In this document: in pieces, positions 1-9,849 of the stretch | Layout: each line of letters begins with the position of its first letter | How positions within the stretch are numbered: position 1 is the first letter of the stretch | Assembly: GCA_965243025.1 (NCBI GenBank) | Contig: CBDETY010000003.1 | Coordinates: 4,800,001-4,864,000 of the forward strand | DNA: 64,000 nucleotides | Reading direction: 5' to 3' | Source of the DNA: Candidatus Latescibacterota bacterium | GTDB lineage: Bacteria > Latescibacterota > UBA2968 > UBA8231 | Made by a program: the position numbers and the translations under genes | Notes under the pieces: model-generated | The model's database searches: none | Told to the model about the DNA's origin: nothing | What the model saw: the letters and a program-made list of their open reading frames with translations, nothing else

Positions 1-843
1 CCTGTGGCCCGTGGGGTAGATCAGGTTCGGCCGCCCCTCCTGCGCGAGGCGGTAGCCCTCGCGGTAGGCTTCGTACAGCCTGGCGCTGTCGTGCAGCGCC
101 GGTATCTCGATGATGCTGATCCCCAGCGCCTCGATGATCGGACGCGGGTCCTTGTCCATGATGCTGTGCGTCGCCCCGGAAAGCTGGATGCCGTTGCGGT
201 GCATCACGAAGGTGATGGGGGCCCCGGCTACGTCGGCGCCGTTGAACCCGTTGAGGGCCTGCCCCGACACCCAGCCGGCGTCGCCGCAGTGGGTGATGAC
301 CCAGGCGCGGCCGTGGCGGGCGCGCTTGCCGAGGGCCTGCCCGACGGCGACGGGGATCATCACCCCGAGGCGTCCGCCGTTGAGCTGGGTCCCCCCGGGC
401 AGCCAGGAGACGTGGCCGGGAAAATCCAGGCCGCGGCGGAAGCCCTCGACTACCGCCTCTTCGCCGACGAACCCGAAGGCGGCGAGGCCGGCGTAGTAGC
501 CGATGCTGGTGTGGGCGTGCTCGATGGTGTACTCGACGCGCTCGTAGTCGGTGCAGCTCAGGGTCAGCAGCAGGCCGGGAATCAGCTCGAGGCCGCCGCC
601 GAGGTGATCGAGCTCGCCGATGGCCGCCAGGGAGGCGAGGGAGCGGATCGCGGTGCGGGCGGACTGGATCTGCAGCGCCTCGAGAAGGTCGGCCTGGGCC
701 CGGGTCAGCCTCTCCTGGGAGTCGACGTCGATCTGCAGCGGCAGCACCTCGGAGGCAACTTCCGCTCCGAGGTAGCTGACGGACCTGAGCAGCTTCCGGT
801 TGCGCCGCTCCTGACCCTGGATTCCCGCTCGCAACCCGTTCAT
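1..843 (-). CDS. Transketolase-like ThDP-dependent enzyme, N-terminal part (runs off the window edge)
   Basis: Not in the ORF track because there is no stop in the window. Manual translation from ATG at 843 gives MNGLRAG...DHLGGGL...EHAHTSIGYY...FRRGLDFPGHVSWLPGG..NGGRLG...HCGDAGWVSG...MHRNGIQLSG, colinear with the transketolase GHxG, LxGHP, GPLG and GDG...N motifs. Confidence 0.75.
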   Translation of the reverse strand, partial: MNGLRAGIQGQERRNRKLLRSVSYLGAEVASEVLPLQIDVDSQERLTRAQADLLEALQIQSARTAIRSLASLAAIGELDHLGGGLELIPGLLLTLSCTDYERVEYTIEHAHTSIGYYAGLAAFGFVGEEAVVEGFRRGLDFPGHVSWLPGGTQLNGGRLGVMIPVAVGQALGKRARHGRAWVITHCGDAGWVSGQALNGFNGADVAGAPITFVMHRNGIQLSGATHSIMDKDPRPIIEALGISIIEIPALHDSARLYEAYREGYRLAQEGRPNLIYPTGHR

Positions 844-1216
844 GGACCCTGAATCGAACCGCCGGCGGTCATGCCGGGAACTGCTGGCACGCCGGCCGGT
901 ATGGCCGGCGAGTTGTGGGTGAACATATGATGTAACTCGTTGTTTTTCCGCGCTTTGAAATACTCGGATCGCAGCGGTCAGGCACCCCCCGCGCGAACGG
1001 GAAGTTCGCCGATGCACCTCCTGTTTGCAAGCAGCCGACCGACCCTGTGCATGCCGGTGGCGACCTTCATGGAGCTTGTGCAGGATTGAAAGACGGGAAA
1101 GAGTTGATAAACCTGCGCGCTTCCCGGCGCCGGTTGACTCGACCTGGTAGGAGCCGGCCGCCTGGAACTCGTCGAGGATGGTCGGAACGGTCAAGGTTTT
1201 ATCCCGGGGTGATTCC

Positions 1217-2242
1217 TCATCGATCCCGGGGCTGAAACTGATCCGCCAGGTGCTCCGCCCAGGAGCGGTTGGCGTCGGCGGTGCGCCCGGCGATATGGGG
1301 CGTGTGCACGACGTTGTGCCTGCCGATCAGCGGGTCGTCCGGCGGCAGCGGCTCGCTGTCGAAGACGTCGGCGGCGAGGCTCAGCTCGTCGGCGAGCACC
1401 CGGCGCCGCAGCGCCGCCATGTCGCAGATCCCCGCCCGGGTCACCAAGACTACCAGGCAGCCGGAAGGCAGGGCGTCGATGTGGTCAACGGTTACCAACC
1501 CCCTGGTCGAACCGGTGAGGGGAACCATCGGCGCGAACACCTCGGCATCCTCCACCAGGCGCGCCAGGTGGTGCTCGCGGCGGGCGCCGGCGCGGTGAAA
1601 GGCCGGTTCGGCGGCAAACGGATCCCAGGCTGCGACCTCGGCCCCCAGGGCGCTCGCGAAGCCGGCGTAGCGGCTGCCGATGTTGCCGGCGCCGACCACC
1701 CGCACCCGCTTGCCGGCGAGGGTCCCGTTGGTGAAGGCGGAATCGTCGCTGTACTGCGCCCCCCGCTGCCCCGGGGCGCCGATGCCTCCGGGCGGGCGCC
1801 AGTCCCAGTCGGGTGCGCCGGTGGCGATCCCGGTGTGCAGCTGCGGAATGCGGCGCAGCGCGCACAGGGTGAGGGCCAGCCCGCACTCGGCGACCGACTG
1901 TCCCCAGAACCCCTCGGACAGCGGCCTGTACAAGACCACACCCCTGTCGGCGAGCGCCGCCTCGCAATCGCCGCCAAGCCGGTTGGGCGGCCCCTGGAAG
2001 GTCGCCTCCCGCAGCGACGGAAACGCCTCGAGGCAGTCGAGGGTGACGCGGACCCCGAGGCAGGCGAGCCTGCGCACCGGGGCTGCCTGTTCGCCGGCCA
2101 CCTCCCCCAGGGGGCGGTCGTCCCCGTGGGCCAAGCGCCGGAATCCGACCGCTCCCTGCCGTTGCCACAGGTCGCGGAAGTGGTCGGCCGCCCAGGGCCA
2201 ACCGCCGTCGAAACCGCTGTGCACGGCGATGAAGCTGTCCAT
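1217..2242 (-). CDS. D-isomer-specific 2-hydroxyacid dehydrogenase family protein
   Basis: GAGNIG Rossmann motif, 'LVTRAG', 'AADVFDSEP' and 'TPHIAG' signatures. Confidence 0.9.
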   Translation of the reverse strand: MDSFIAVHSGFDGGWPWAADHFRDLWQRQGAVGFRRLAHGDDRPLGEVAGEQAAPVRRLACLGVRVTLDCLEAFPSLREATFQGPPNRLGGDCEAALADRGVVLYRPLSEGFWGQSVAECGLALTLCALRRIPQLHTGIATGAPDWDWRPPGGIGAPGQRGAQYSDDSAFTNGTLAGKRVRVVGAGNIGSRYAGFASALGAEVAAWDPFAAEPAFHRAGARREHHLARLVEDAEVFAPMVPLTGSTRGLVTVDHIDALPSGCLVVLVTRAGICDMAALRRRVLADELSLAADVFDSEPLPPDDPLIGRHNVVHTPHIAGRTADANRSWAEHLADQFQPRDR

Positions 2243-3304
2243 CTACTCTCCCTCCCAGTAATCGACGGCGTCCCGCTTCCGGAAGATGCGGGAGCCGGGC
2301 CCACCGACGAAGTTGATCTTGTCCGAGTCGGGGTACTCGGCGACGTCCCCCTGCCGGCGGTCGCCGAGAGCGAGCAGCTCGCAGGGCTCGTCCCCTTCGT
2401 TCGTGAACTTGTGGGCGCCGCCCGGTCCCGGCGGAAAGGCGATGAAATCCCCTTTCCGAACCGGCCGCTTGCCCCGCGGCGTGACCAGGGTGCACTCACC
2501 CTCGACGGCGAAGAACAGCTCTTCGGCGCGGTGGTGGAAATGAAGGGGAAAGGTCGACTGTCCCGGCGGCAGGCGGATCAACCGGTAGCCGAGGTTGCGG
2601 GCGCCGACGAGGGCGTCGATCTCCCTGGCGTCCCACGCGTACCCTTCGCGGCGCGAACAAGGAGTCCAGTCCACCTCCCCGCTGTTGATCTGGTTGATGT
2701 AGATGTCCGTTCGCCTTTCGAGGCACTCGAGCAGCCGCTCCCTGGCGTCCCGCATGACCGAGTGGCCGTCGCCGACGACGATGGCGTCGAAATCGAGCGC
2801 CAGCAGCTTGCGCACTTCCAGGGCCGCCGCCGGAGGGTCTTCCAGGACGTCGTCCATCAACAGCGAGAACCGCCCCACCGGCGCTCCCACCACGAGGTCG
2901 CTGGCGAGGATGGTCCGCTTCTCAGGCCAGTACAGGGCGATCTCCCCGGCGCTCTTCCCGAAGCGGAGGTGCACCGCCCGCAGCCCGGGCAGGATCTCCT
3001 CGCCGTCGCCGACGGTGCGGTCGACCTGCGCTTCGATACCCTCCACGTCTTCGGGGTGAGCGACGACCTGGGCCCCGCAGCGCTCGCGGAATGCGGCGGC
3101 TTCCCGCTGGTGGTCCCTGTTGGTCACGACGATCCACTTCGCGCCCCCGAGATCGTCGAGCTGCCGCAGGTCCGACTCGATCATCGGCACCGGATCGATC
3201 AGGACGTTGCCTCCCTCCCGGACCCAGAGGTGGCCGTTGAAATCGATCTGCCGGCGCTCGCTGAACTCCGACCAGCAGAACAGGTCGTCGAATACCGCTT
3301 TCAT
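2243..3304 (-). CDS. MBL-fold domain + cupin fusion protein
   Basis: N-terminal MBL-like segments (VLIDP, TNRDH, ILASD, VGDG) and a C-terminal cupin (PLHFHHRAEE...GAHKFTN). Start placed at the ATG at 3304, after a GAGGAGG SD. Confidence 0.8.
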   Translation of the reverse strand: MKAVFDDLFCWSEFSERRQIDFNGHLWVREGGNVLIDPVPMIESDLRQLDDLGGAKWIVVTNRDHQREAAAFRERCGAQVVAHPEDVEGIEAQVDRTVGDGEEILPGLRAVHLRFGKSAGEIALYWPEKRTILASDLVVGAPVGRFSLLMDDVLEDPPAAALEVRKLLALDFDAIVVGDGHSVMRDARERLLECLERRTDIYINQINSGEVDWTPCSRREGYAWDAREIDALVGARNLGYRLIRLPPGQSTFPLHFHHRAEELFFAVEGECTLVTPRGKRPVRKGDFIAFPPGPGGAHKFTNEGDEPCELLALGDRRQGDVAEYPDSDKINFVGGPGSRIFRKRDAVDYWEGE

Positions 3305-3664
3305 GCTTCGCCTCCTCAACCGGGTGTATGCCGGGAAACCTTCGTTGAATTCTGTCACCGGAGGGCATCGTGCCTTCGAAGTTCCGTGGCGCGGATGTCC
3401 GGGTGTGGCTGATCATGCGGCACCGGCAGGCGGCGATTTCCCGCCCCGGAACATTCGCGATACCGGTTCGTTGACCCTGCCATGCCCCCGGTTATCTTCC
3501 GGCCCTTCCTGGACCGGGAGGTGAAAATAGCGGATACGGGCGCCCCGGGTCTGCCGGCCCTCCGACCCACGATGCAGGCAAGACGCCACCCGGCCATGGC
3601 CGGCCGCAGCCAAAAACCAGCCCCTTCCTCCCAATCCGCCCTCCGAAAAACCCGAAAGAGACGA

Positions 3665-6145
3665 ATGACCTCCACCGCTGAAGCGACGCGCCCCCGGATC
3701 GCCGCCATCGTCACCGAGTACCGCAAGTACTCCCACGGCCAGCACATCTGCGACCGCTTCCTCGAAGGGTACGGGTGGGGCGGCCGCCACCACCGCCCGG
3801 CGATGGACCTGGTGTCGCTCTACGTCGACCAGTTCCCCGAGAACGACCTCAGCCGCGAGCGCGAGTCCCGCTTCGAGCACCTGACCATTTACCCGACCGT
3901 GGCCGACGCCCTGACCCTGGGCGGCGGCGGCCTCGCCGTCGACGGCGTCCTCCTCATCGGCGAGCACGGCTCCTACGGCACCAACGAGAAGGGGCAGCGG
4001 CTCTACCCCCGCTACGAGCTCTTCCGGCAGATCGTCTCCGTCTACCGCACCACCGGCAGAACCGCCCCCGTCTTCAACGACAAGCACCTCTCGTGGAACT
4101 GGGAGTGGGCGCGCGAGATGTACGACACCTCCCGGGAAATGGGATTCCCCTTCATGGCCGGCTCCTCCCTGCCGGTCACCTGGCGCACACCGGCGGTCGA
4201 CCTGCCCCTGGGCGCCCGGGTCGGCGAGGCGGTCTGCGTCGCCGTCGGCGGGGTCGACAGCTACGACTTCCACGCCCTCGAAACCCTGCAGTGCATGGTC
4301 GAGCGCAGGCAGGGGGGCGAGACCGGGGTGCGCTGGCTCGAGGCGTTCCGCGGCGACCGCTTCTGGCAGGCGCACAGCGACCGGCTCTGGTCCCGCGACC
4401 TGTTCGAGGCTGCCCTGTGCCGCAGCCATACCCTGACCCCGGCGCGCAGCGGCTTCAACAACCCGTTCCCGACCATCGACGAGATGAAACGCCTGGTCGA
4501 GGACCCGGTCGCCTACCACTACGAGCACCTCGACGGCCTCAGGTGCACGATGACCCTGTTCAACGGCCTGGTGCAGGACTTCAACTTCGCGGCGCGGCTC
4601 GAGGGAAGCGGGCGCCCGTTCTCCACCCAGATGTACCTGCCGATGCCGCCGGTGCGCACGACCCTGGCCAACTTCTTCAGTCCCCAGTGCTACCAGGTCG
4701 AGCGCATGTTCCTCAGCGGCAAGCCGTCGTACCCCGTCGAGCGCACCCTGCTGACCACCGGTCTCGTCGCTGCCGGCGTCGACAGCCTGCACCGGGAGCA
4801 GGCCAGAATCGACACTCCCCACCTCGCCATCGCGTACCGGGCGGAAGAGGAATCGACTTTCCAGGGGGCGCCCGGCAGTGAGCCCGGGCAGCCGGCAGTT
4901 CCCGCCGCGCCCGGCGATCAGCCCCTCCACGCCGACATCGTCAGCGGCCGCCGCACCGCCGCGAAACCCCCAATACGGGTAGCCATCATCGCCACCATCT
5001 ACCGGTACCTGTCCCACGGCCAGCACTTCGGCGACCGCTTCATGGTCGGCTATGCCTACGAGGGATCCTGGCACCGGCCCGACATGCAGGTGGTGTCCAT
5101 GTACGTCGACCAGCGGCCCGAAGGGGACCAGAGCGAGGACCGCGCCCGCGAGTTCGGGTTCAGCGTCCATCCGACCATAGCGGAAGCGCTCAGGTGCGGG
5201 GGAGAGCGGCTCGCAGTCGACGCCGCCGTCATCATCGGCGAGCACGGCGAGTACCCCGACAACGAGCTCGGGCAGAAGCAGTACCCGCGCTACGAGTTCT
5301 TCAAGCAGTGCGTCGAGGTGTTCGAGGAGGACGGAAGGGCGGTGCCGGTATACAACGACAAGCACCTGTCGTACAGCTTCGAGAAGGCAAGCGAGATGGT
5401 CGCCGACGGACACCGCCTCGGGTTTCCCGTCATAGCGGGATCCTCGCTGCCGGTGACCTGGCGGCTGCCGGACGTCGAGCTGCCCCTCGGCTGCGACATC
5501 GAGGAAGCGCTGATGGTCGGCGTCGGCGGCTCCGACGCCATGGACTACCACGCCCTCGAGGCGATGCAGTGCATGATCGAGCGGCGCCGGGGGGGCGAGA
5601 CCGGGGTCGCCGCGGTGCAGCTGCTCGACGGGGACGCGGTCTGGAAGGCCGGGGACGACGGACTCTGGTCGTGGGAGCTGCTCGAGGCGGCGCTGTCGCG
5701 TTCAGACTCGCCGTGCGGATCGACGCTGGAAGACGGTCGCACCCAGGACCTGACGGGCAGCGGCGAGGTCAAGCGGCTGGCCGGGGAGCCGGCGGCCTAC
5801 CTGATCGAGTTCCGCGACGGCCTGCGGGCGACGCTGCTTATGCTCAACGGCGCGGTCAGGGACTACTGCTTCGCGGCGAGACTGAGCGGTGAGGAGCGTC
5901 CGGTGTCGGCCCAGATCTTCCTGACGCCGACCCCGCCGGTCACCTACTCCGCCTCGCTGGTGGCCAAAATCGTCGAGACGATACTGACGGAAAAGGCGGC
6001 GTTCCCCGCGGAGCGCACGCTGATCGTCAACGGCATCCAGGAGAGCTGCCTGGTGTCGCGGTCGCAGGGAAACGCCCGGCTCGAAACCCCGCACCTGTCG
6101 GTGACCTACCAGGCCCCCGAGGCATCCCACCACGCGCGCCGGTAG
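3665..6145 (+). CDS. Conserved hypothetical protein made of two tandem copies of a ~400-aa Gfo/Idh/MocA-like domain
   Basis: Both halves contain SHGQH..DRF..GY, S.YVDQ, IGEHG.Y..NE.GQ..YPRYE.F, NDKHLS, AGSSLPVTWR.P, HALE..QCM.ERR.GGETGV and P.ERTL. Confidence 0.8.
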   Translation: MTSTAEATRPRIAAIVTEYRKYSHGQHICDRFLEGYGWGGRHHRPAMDLVSLYVDQFPENDLSRERESRFEHLTIYPTVADALTLGGGGLAVDGVLLIGEHGSYGTNEKGQRLYPRYELFRQIVSVYRTTGRTAPVFNDKHLSWNWEWAREMYDTSREMGFPFMAGSSLPVTWRTPAVDLPLGARVGEAVCVAVGGVDSYDFHALETLQCMVERRQGGETGVRWLEAFRGDRFWQAHSDRLWSRDLFEAALCRSHTLTPARSGFNNPFPTIDEMKRLVEDPVAYHYEHLDGLRCTMTLFNGLVQDFNFAARLEGSGRPFSTQMYLPMPPVRTTLANFFSPQCYQVERMFLSGKPSYPVERTLLTTGLVAAGVDSLHREQARIDTPHLAIAYRAEEESTFQGAPGSEPGQPAVPAAPGDQPLHADIVSGRRTAAKPPIRVAIIATIYRYLSHGQHFGDRFMVGYAYEGSWHRPDMQVVSMYVDQRPEGDQSEDRAREFGFSVHPTIAEALRCGGERLAVDAAVIIGEHGEYPDNELGQKQYPRYEFFKQCVEVFEEDGRAVPVYNDKHLSYSFEKASEMVADGHRLGFPVIAGSSLPVTWRLPDVELPLGCDIEEALMVGVGGSDAMDYHALEAMQCMIERRRGGETGVAAVQLLDGDAVWKAGDDGLWSWELLEAALSRSDSPCGSTLEDGRTQDLTGSGEVKRLAGEPAAYLIEFRDGLRATLLMLNGAVRDYCFAARLSGEERPVSAQIFLTPTPPVTYSASLVAKIVETILTEKAAFPAERTLIVNGIQESCLVSRSQGNARLETPHLSVTYQAPEASHHARR

Positions 6146-6219
6146 CGGTCCGTGCCGGAGGTGAGAGGTTCCCCGGTTCATGGCCGCGCCAGAATCTCCC
6201 TGCGGGTCAGCCGGGAGGG

Positions 6220-6468
6220 TCAGTCGATCAAGCCGCGTTCCTTCATCCAGCTTTCGACTTCGTCGCTGCCGACGTCGACCAGCATCTCTCCGTCGATCTC
6301 GACGCAGGGAGAGGAGTCCTGCCCGCTTTTTGCGACCATCTCGCGGTAGTCGCCGGGGTTTCCGATGATATCGCGGTATTCGAACTCCAGCTGGTGCTTT
6401 TGGAGAAAGTCAACAACCCCGCGCGCCCACGGGCACCCGGGATTCAGATAGGCGACGATCTTGGGCAT
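6220..6468 (-). CDS. Glutaredoxin-like protein (monothiol CPWA)
   Basis: 82 aa: MPKIVAYLNPGCPWARG...SGQDSSPCVEIDG, consistent with a thioredoxin fold and cis-Pro motif. Confidence 0.8.
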   Translation of the reverse strand: MPKIVAYLNPGCPWARGVVDFLQKHQLEFEYRDIIGNPGDYREMVAKSGQDSSPCVEIDGEMLVDVGSDEVESWMKERGLID

Positions 6469-6538
6469 GGTCCCTGATTTCGCGGTGGGTTTTTTCGAAT
6501 TGGAGGCTGCCGACTGCGCGGCCGGTCTACGATAGACC

Positions 6539-7423
6539 GTGCCCGCTGTTTCGACAAGCGAATGGCTGGCCCTGGGATCCGCCCTGTTGTGGGCGGCCAA
6601 CGGCATCGTCATCCGAACCCAGAGCGCCAAAGCTTCCCCGGCGGCGATAAACGCAATCCGCTGCGGGGCTTCGGCAGTGGTCTTCTGGCTCATCCTTCCT
6701 TTTGAAACCCCGCAATACCCCCTGTGGTCGATCCCCTGGCAGGACGCGGCCTGGCTGGCCGCTTCGGTAATCACCAACATCGTAATCGGCGACACCTTCT
6801 ATCTGGCGTCCCTCAAGGAGCTGGGGGTTTCCCGTTCCCTGGCCCTGTCCGGCACCTTTCCCCTGACCACCCTGCTGTTCGAGTATCTCCTCCTCGATTT
6901 CGCACCGGACCGCACTCTGGCCCTGGGGGCCTTGCTTGTGGTCGCCGGGGTCGCACTGCTTTCGCAGCGCAGCACACAGGTCGACGCTGTGGGCGGGGGG
7001 CGGACCGGGATCGGAATCGCCTTCGCCCTGAGCGCCTCTTTCGTTTGGGGGTTGGGAGTCGTTCTCCTCAAACCGGCTCTCGCCCACGTTACCCTGGTCC
7101 AGGCGAACGCCCTGCGCATGCCGCTGGTCGCCCTGCTCCTCCTCGTCTTCCGCATTCTCCCGGCTCGGGAGGCCAGCATCGGCCGATTGGACCGCCGCGC
7201 CTTCCTCATCATTGCCGGCAGCGGCCTGATCGGCATGGGATTGGGGTCCTGGATGTTTCTGGCCGCGGTGATGGATATCGGCCCGGCGCGCACCGCCACC
7301 CTGACCTCCATCTACCCGGTGTTCGGCCTGATCCTGGCGGTTCTGTTCTTGCGGGAGCGGCTTTCCCTGCCGATGGCGGCCGGAGTAGCCGCCTGCGTCG
7401 CAGGAGTGTGGGTAGTGGTGTAA
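6539..7423 (+). CDS. DMT/EamA family transporter
   Basis: About 10 hydrophobic segments in two EamA repeats; C-terminal 'LAVLFLRERLS'. Confidence 0.9.
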   Translation: MPAVSTSEWLALGSALLWAANGIVIRTQSAKASPAAINAIRCGASAVVFWLILPFETPQYPLWSIPWQDAAWLAASVITNIVIGDTFYLASLKELGVSRSLALSGTFPLTTLLFEYLLLDFAPDRTLALGALLVVAGVALLSQRSTQVDAVGGGRTGIGIAFALSASFVWGLGVVLLKPALAHVTLVQANALRMPLVALLLLVFRILPAREASIGRLDRRAFLIIAGSGLIGMGLGSWMFLAAVMDIGPARTATLTSIYPVFGLILAVLFLRERLSLPMAAGVAACVAGVWVVV

Positions 7424-7481
7424 GACTGACCGCCGCCCCGGTGCCGCCAAACCGGAGGCGGGATTCCGGCAGGGCTTCCGC

Positions 7482-8177
7482 CTATTCGAACTGGCGCTTG
7501 AACTCCTCGAACCCCGAGCGCAGCGAGGCGATTTCCGCGCCCATTTCGGCAACGGCGGCTTCGAGGCGGTCGAGCCGTTCGTCTTCGGCGGCCGCGGCCT
7601 GGCGGGCGGCTTCCGGCCTGGCCCCGCCCGGCTCTCCGGGGCCGGCCGGGCCCTCGCCCGGGGGCTCATCGATCTCGGGGGGACCCCCGAGCAGATGGGC
7701 GAAGCGGGACTCCTTGAACCCGTGCTGACGGGGCAGCCTGACGACCGCGGCCCCGGCCTCCCGGTTCGCCAGCGCTTCGAGCGCGGCCTCCACCGCGGCG
7801 AGGTCCTCGAAGGGGTGCATGCGGCTGCCGCGGCTGCGCAGCTCGCCCGGCGTCTGCGGCCCGCGCAGCATCAGCTCGCAGAGCACCGCCACCTCCGGTT
7901 CGGGAAACCCCCTGACGTCGGTGAACCGGTGGTAGTACTTCGGGACCCGGGCGTCGTGCCCGCTGACGACGCGCACCAGCTCCTTGTCCCGCAGCGAATC
8001 GAGGGTCCGCACCACCGCCTTCTCGCTGTACTGAACCACCGGGGCGCGGTTGGACTTCTGGTTGCAGGCCGCGGTCAGGGCGTTCAGGGTCATCGGGTAG
8101 TAGTCCGGTGTCGTGATCCCCTTCTCGATCAGGCAGCCGAGAACGCGCAGCTCCTCGGGGGTGAGCAAAGGTTCCAT
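7482..8177 (-). CDS. YceH/DUF480 (UPF0502) family protein
   Basis: RVLGCLIEK..TTPDYYPMTLNAL..ACNQKSNR.P and LMLRGPQTPGELRSR signatures. Confidence 0.92.
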   Translation of the reverse strand: MEPLLTPEELRVLGCLIEKGITTPDYYPMTLNALTAACNQKSNRAPVVQYSEKAVVRTLDSLRDKELVRVVSGHDARVPKYYHRFTDVRGFPEPEVAVLCELMLRGPQTPGELRSRGSRMHPFEDLAAVEAALEALANREAGAAVVRLPRQHGFKESRFAHLLGGPPEIDEPPGEGPAGPGEPGGARPEAARQAAAAEDERLDRLEAAVAEMGAEIASLRSGFEEFKRQFE

Positions 8178-8212
8178 CGCCGTGTCGTGGGTGGATTCGA
8201 GGCCGAACCGCC

Positions 8213-9406
8213 TCAGCTGCGCGGCCAGTTGTCCCAGAAGCGGCGCGCGACCTCCACGTGCATGCGCACCCCGTGCGGAATCGCCCCGTCGGAAAAATCG
8301 TAGTTCGGCTGGTGCAGGTGGGGGTACTGGTCCACGCCGGCCGGACAGACGCCGAGGGCGTAGAAGGCGGCGGGGATCCGCTGCGCGTAGAAGGCGAAGT
8401 CCTCGCCCCCCATCACCGGGTCCATCGACTGAAAGGAGATGCCGGCACCGGCCTCGGCTACAGTTCGCTCGACGAAGTCGGTGGCAACCGGATCGTTCTC
8501 CAGCACCGGGTAGCCGTCGAAGATCTCAACCTCCGCGGCGCCCCCCAGGGCGGATGCCGTGCCCTCGGCGACCTCGGCAATGCGGCGGTGTATCATCTGG
8601 CGCGTCTCCGAATTCAGGGTGCGCACGGTCCCTGCCAGCTCCACCTGCGGCGGGATGATGTTGTAGCCCGAGCCGCCGCCGACGCGGGCGACGGTGACGA
8701 CCGCGGAGTCGAGGGGATCCGTGGTCCGCGAGACGATGGTCTGCAGGGCGACGATCACGTGCGAGGCGATGACGATGGGGTCGACTCCCTGGTGCGGGAA
8801 GGCGGCGTGCGCGCCCCGGCCGCGGACGGTGATCTCCATCTTGTCCGAGCTCGCCAGGACGGGGCCGGGGCGCAGGGCGATCTCGCCGATCTTCAGGGAC
8901 GGCCACCCGTGAAGGCCGAAGATCGCCGTCACCTCGGGGTCGGCGAGGACTCCCTCCTCACACATGCGGCGGCCGCCGGCGCCCCCCTCCTCGGCCGGCT
9001 GGAAGACGAACTTCACCGGACCTGGCAGATCGTCGGCGAGCGCCGTCAGCACCCGCGCCGCTCCCACCAGGCAGGTCACGTGGCCGTCGTGGCCGCAGGC
9101 GTGCATCTTGCCCGGCACCTTGGAGGCGTAGCTCCTGTCCGACTGCTCCTGTATCGGCAGGGCGTCCATGTCGGCCCGCAGGGCGACGCACGGCCCCGGC
9201 TTGTCCGCCCCGAGGGTGGCGACCACGCCGGTCTCCGCCACGCCGGTGCGGATGCTCAGACCGGGAAGCTCCTGCAGCTCGCTGAGAATGCGCGCGGAGG
9301 TGCGCTCCTCCTCGTAGCCGAGCTCCGGGTGTTCGTGAAGGTCGTGGCGCAGCTGCGTCAGCCCGGGAAGGGCCGCCTCAATCAGTTGTTCAATCCTGTC
9401 GCTCAT
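8213..9406 (-). CDS. M20D family amidohydrolase
   Basis: HEHPELGYEE, ALRADMDALP, MHACGHDGH, FQPAEE and GGEDF motifs. Confidence 0.95.
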   Translation of the reverse strand: MSDRIEQLIEAALPGLTQLRHDLHEHPELGYEEERTSARILSELQELPGLSIRTGVAETGVVATLGADKPGPCVALRADMDALPIQEQSDRSYASKVPGKMHACGHDGHVTCLVGAARVLTALADDLPGPVKFVFQPAEEGGAGGRRMCEEGVLADPEVTAIFGLHGWPSLKIGEIALRPGPVLASSDKMEITVRGRGAHAAFPHQGVDPIVIASHVIVALQTIVSRTTDPLDSAVVTVARVGGGSGYNIIPPQVELAGTVRTLNSETRQMIHRRIAEVAEGTASALGGAAEVEIFDGYPVLENDPVATDFVERTVAEAGAGISFQSMDPVMGGEDFAFYAQRIPAAFYALGVCPAGVDQYPHLHQPNYDFSDGAIPHGVRMHVEVARRFWDNWPRS

Positions 9407-9537
9407 CTCTCCGAAGCCTGGGAAAGGGGTCTGCGGATTTCTGGGATTTTCCGGCGGAACAAGCTAAACCGGGCCCGTTGCGCCTGCCAAACGGGAGGCC
9501 CTTTCCCCGCCCGGGCCCCCGTACCTTCAAACCCCGC

Positions 9538-9849
9538 CTATTCCCGCTTCAGCTGCACCAGGGTGGCTCCCCAGCCGCCGCCGCCCGCACCCGCCAGCCG
9601 GAACGACTCGACGCCGGGGTGGCGCTCGAGAATCCTGTGCACGCTCTCGCGAAGGATCCCCTTGCCTTTCCCGTGCACGATGCGGACCTGAAAGATCCCC
9701 TTCTCGCGGCAGGCCTCGAGGTAGTCGGGCACGAGCGTCCCCACGTCCCTCGGGAGAAAGGTGTGGAGGTCGAGGGTGCCGTCGATCGGGTGCTCGATCG
9801 GTTCGTCGCTCAAAATGCTGATTCCAGGGGGGCGGCGTCCGTCAGACAT
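9538..9849 (-). CDS. Smr (small MutS-related) domain protein
   Basis: [16 protein letters not shown] and GGWGATLV motifs; overlaps the sthA stop. Confidence 0.9.
   Translation of the reverse strand: MSDGRRPPGISILSDEPIEHPIDGTLDLHTFLPRDVGTLVPDYLEACREKGIFQVRIVHGKGKGILRESVHRILERHPGVESFRLAGAGGGGWGATLVQLKRE

Noticed and set aside
844-1216. Possible ncRNA or sigma-54 promoter in the intergenic region
   Set aside because: TGGCAC near 885 lacks the downstream TTGC element, and I could not recognise any known RNA structure. An Rfam/Infernal scan would be needed.
4-3412. Long plus-strand ORFs 4..852 and 1178..3412
   Set aside because: They are antisense shadows of minus-strand genes that carry clear family motifs. 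Long shadow ORFs are expected in high-GC DNA.
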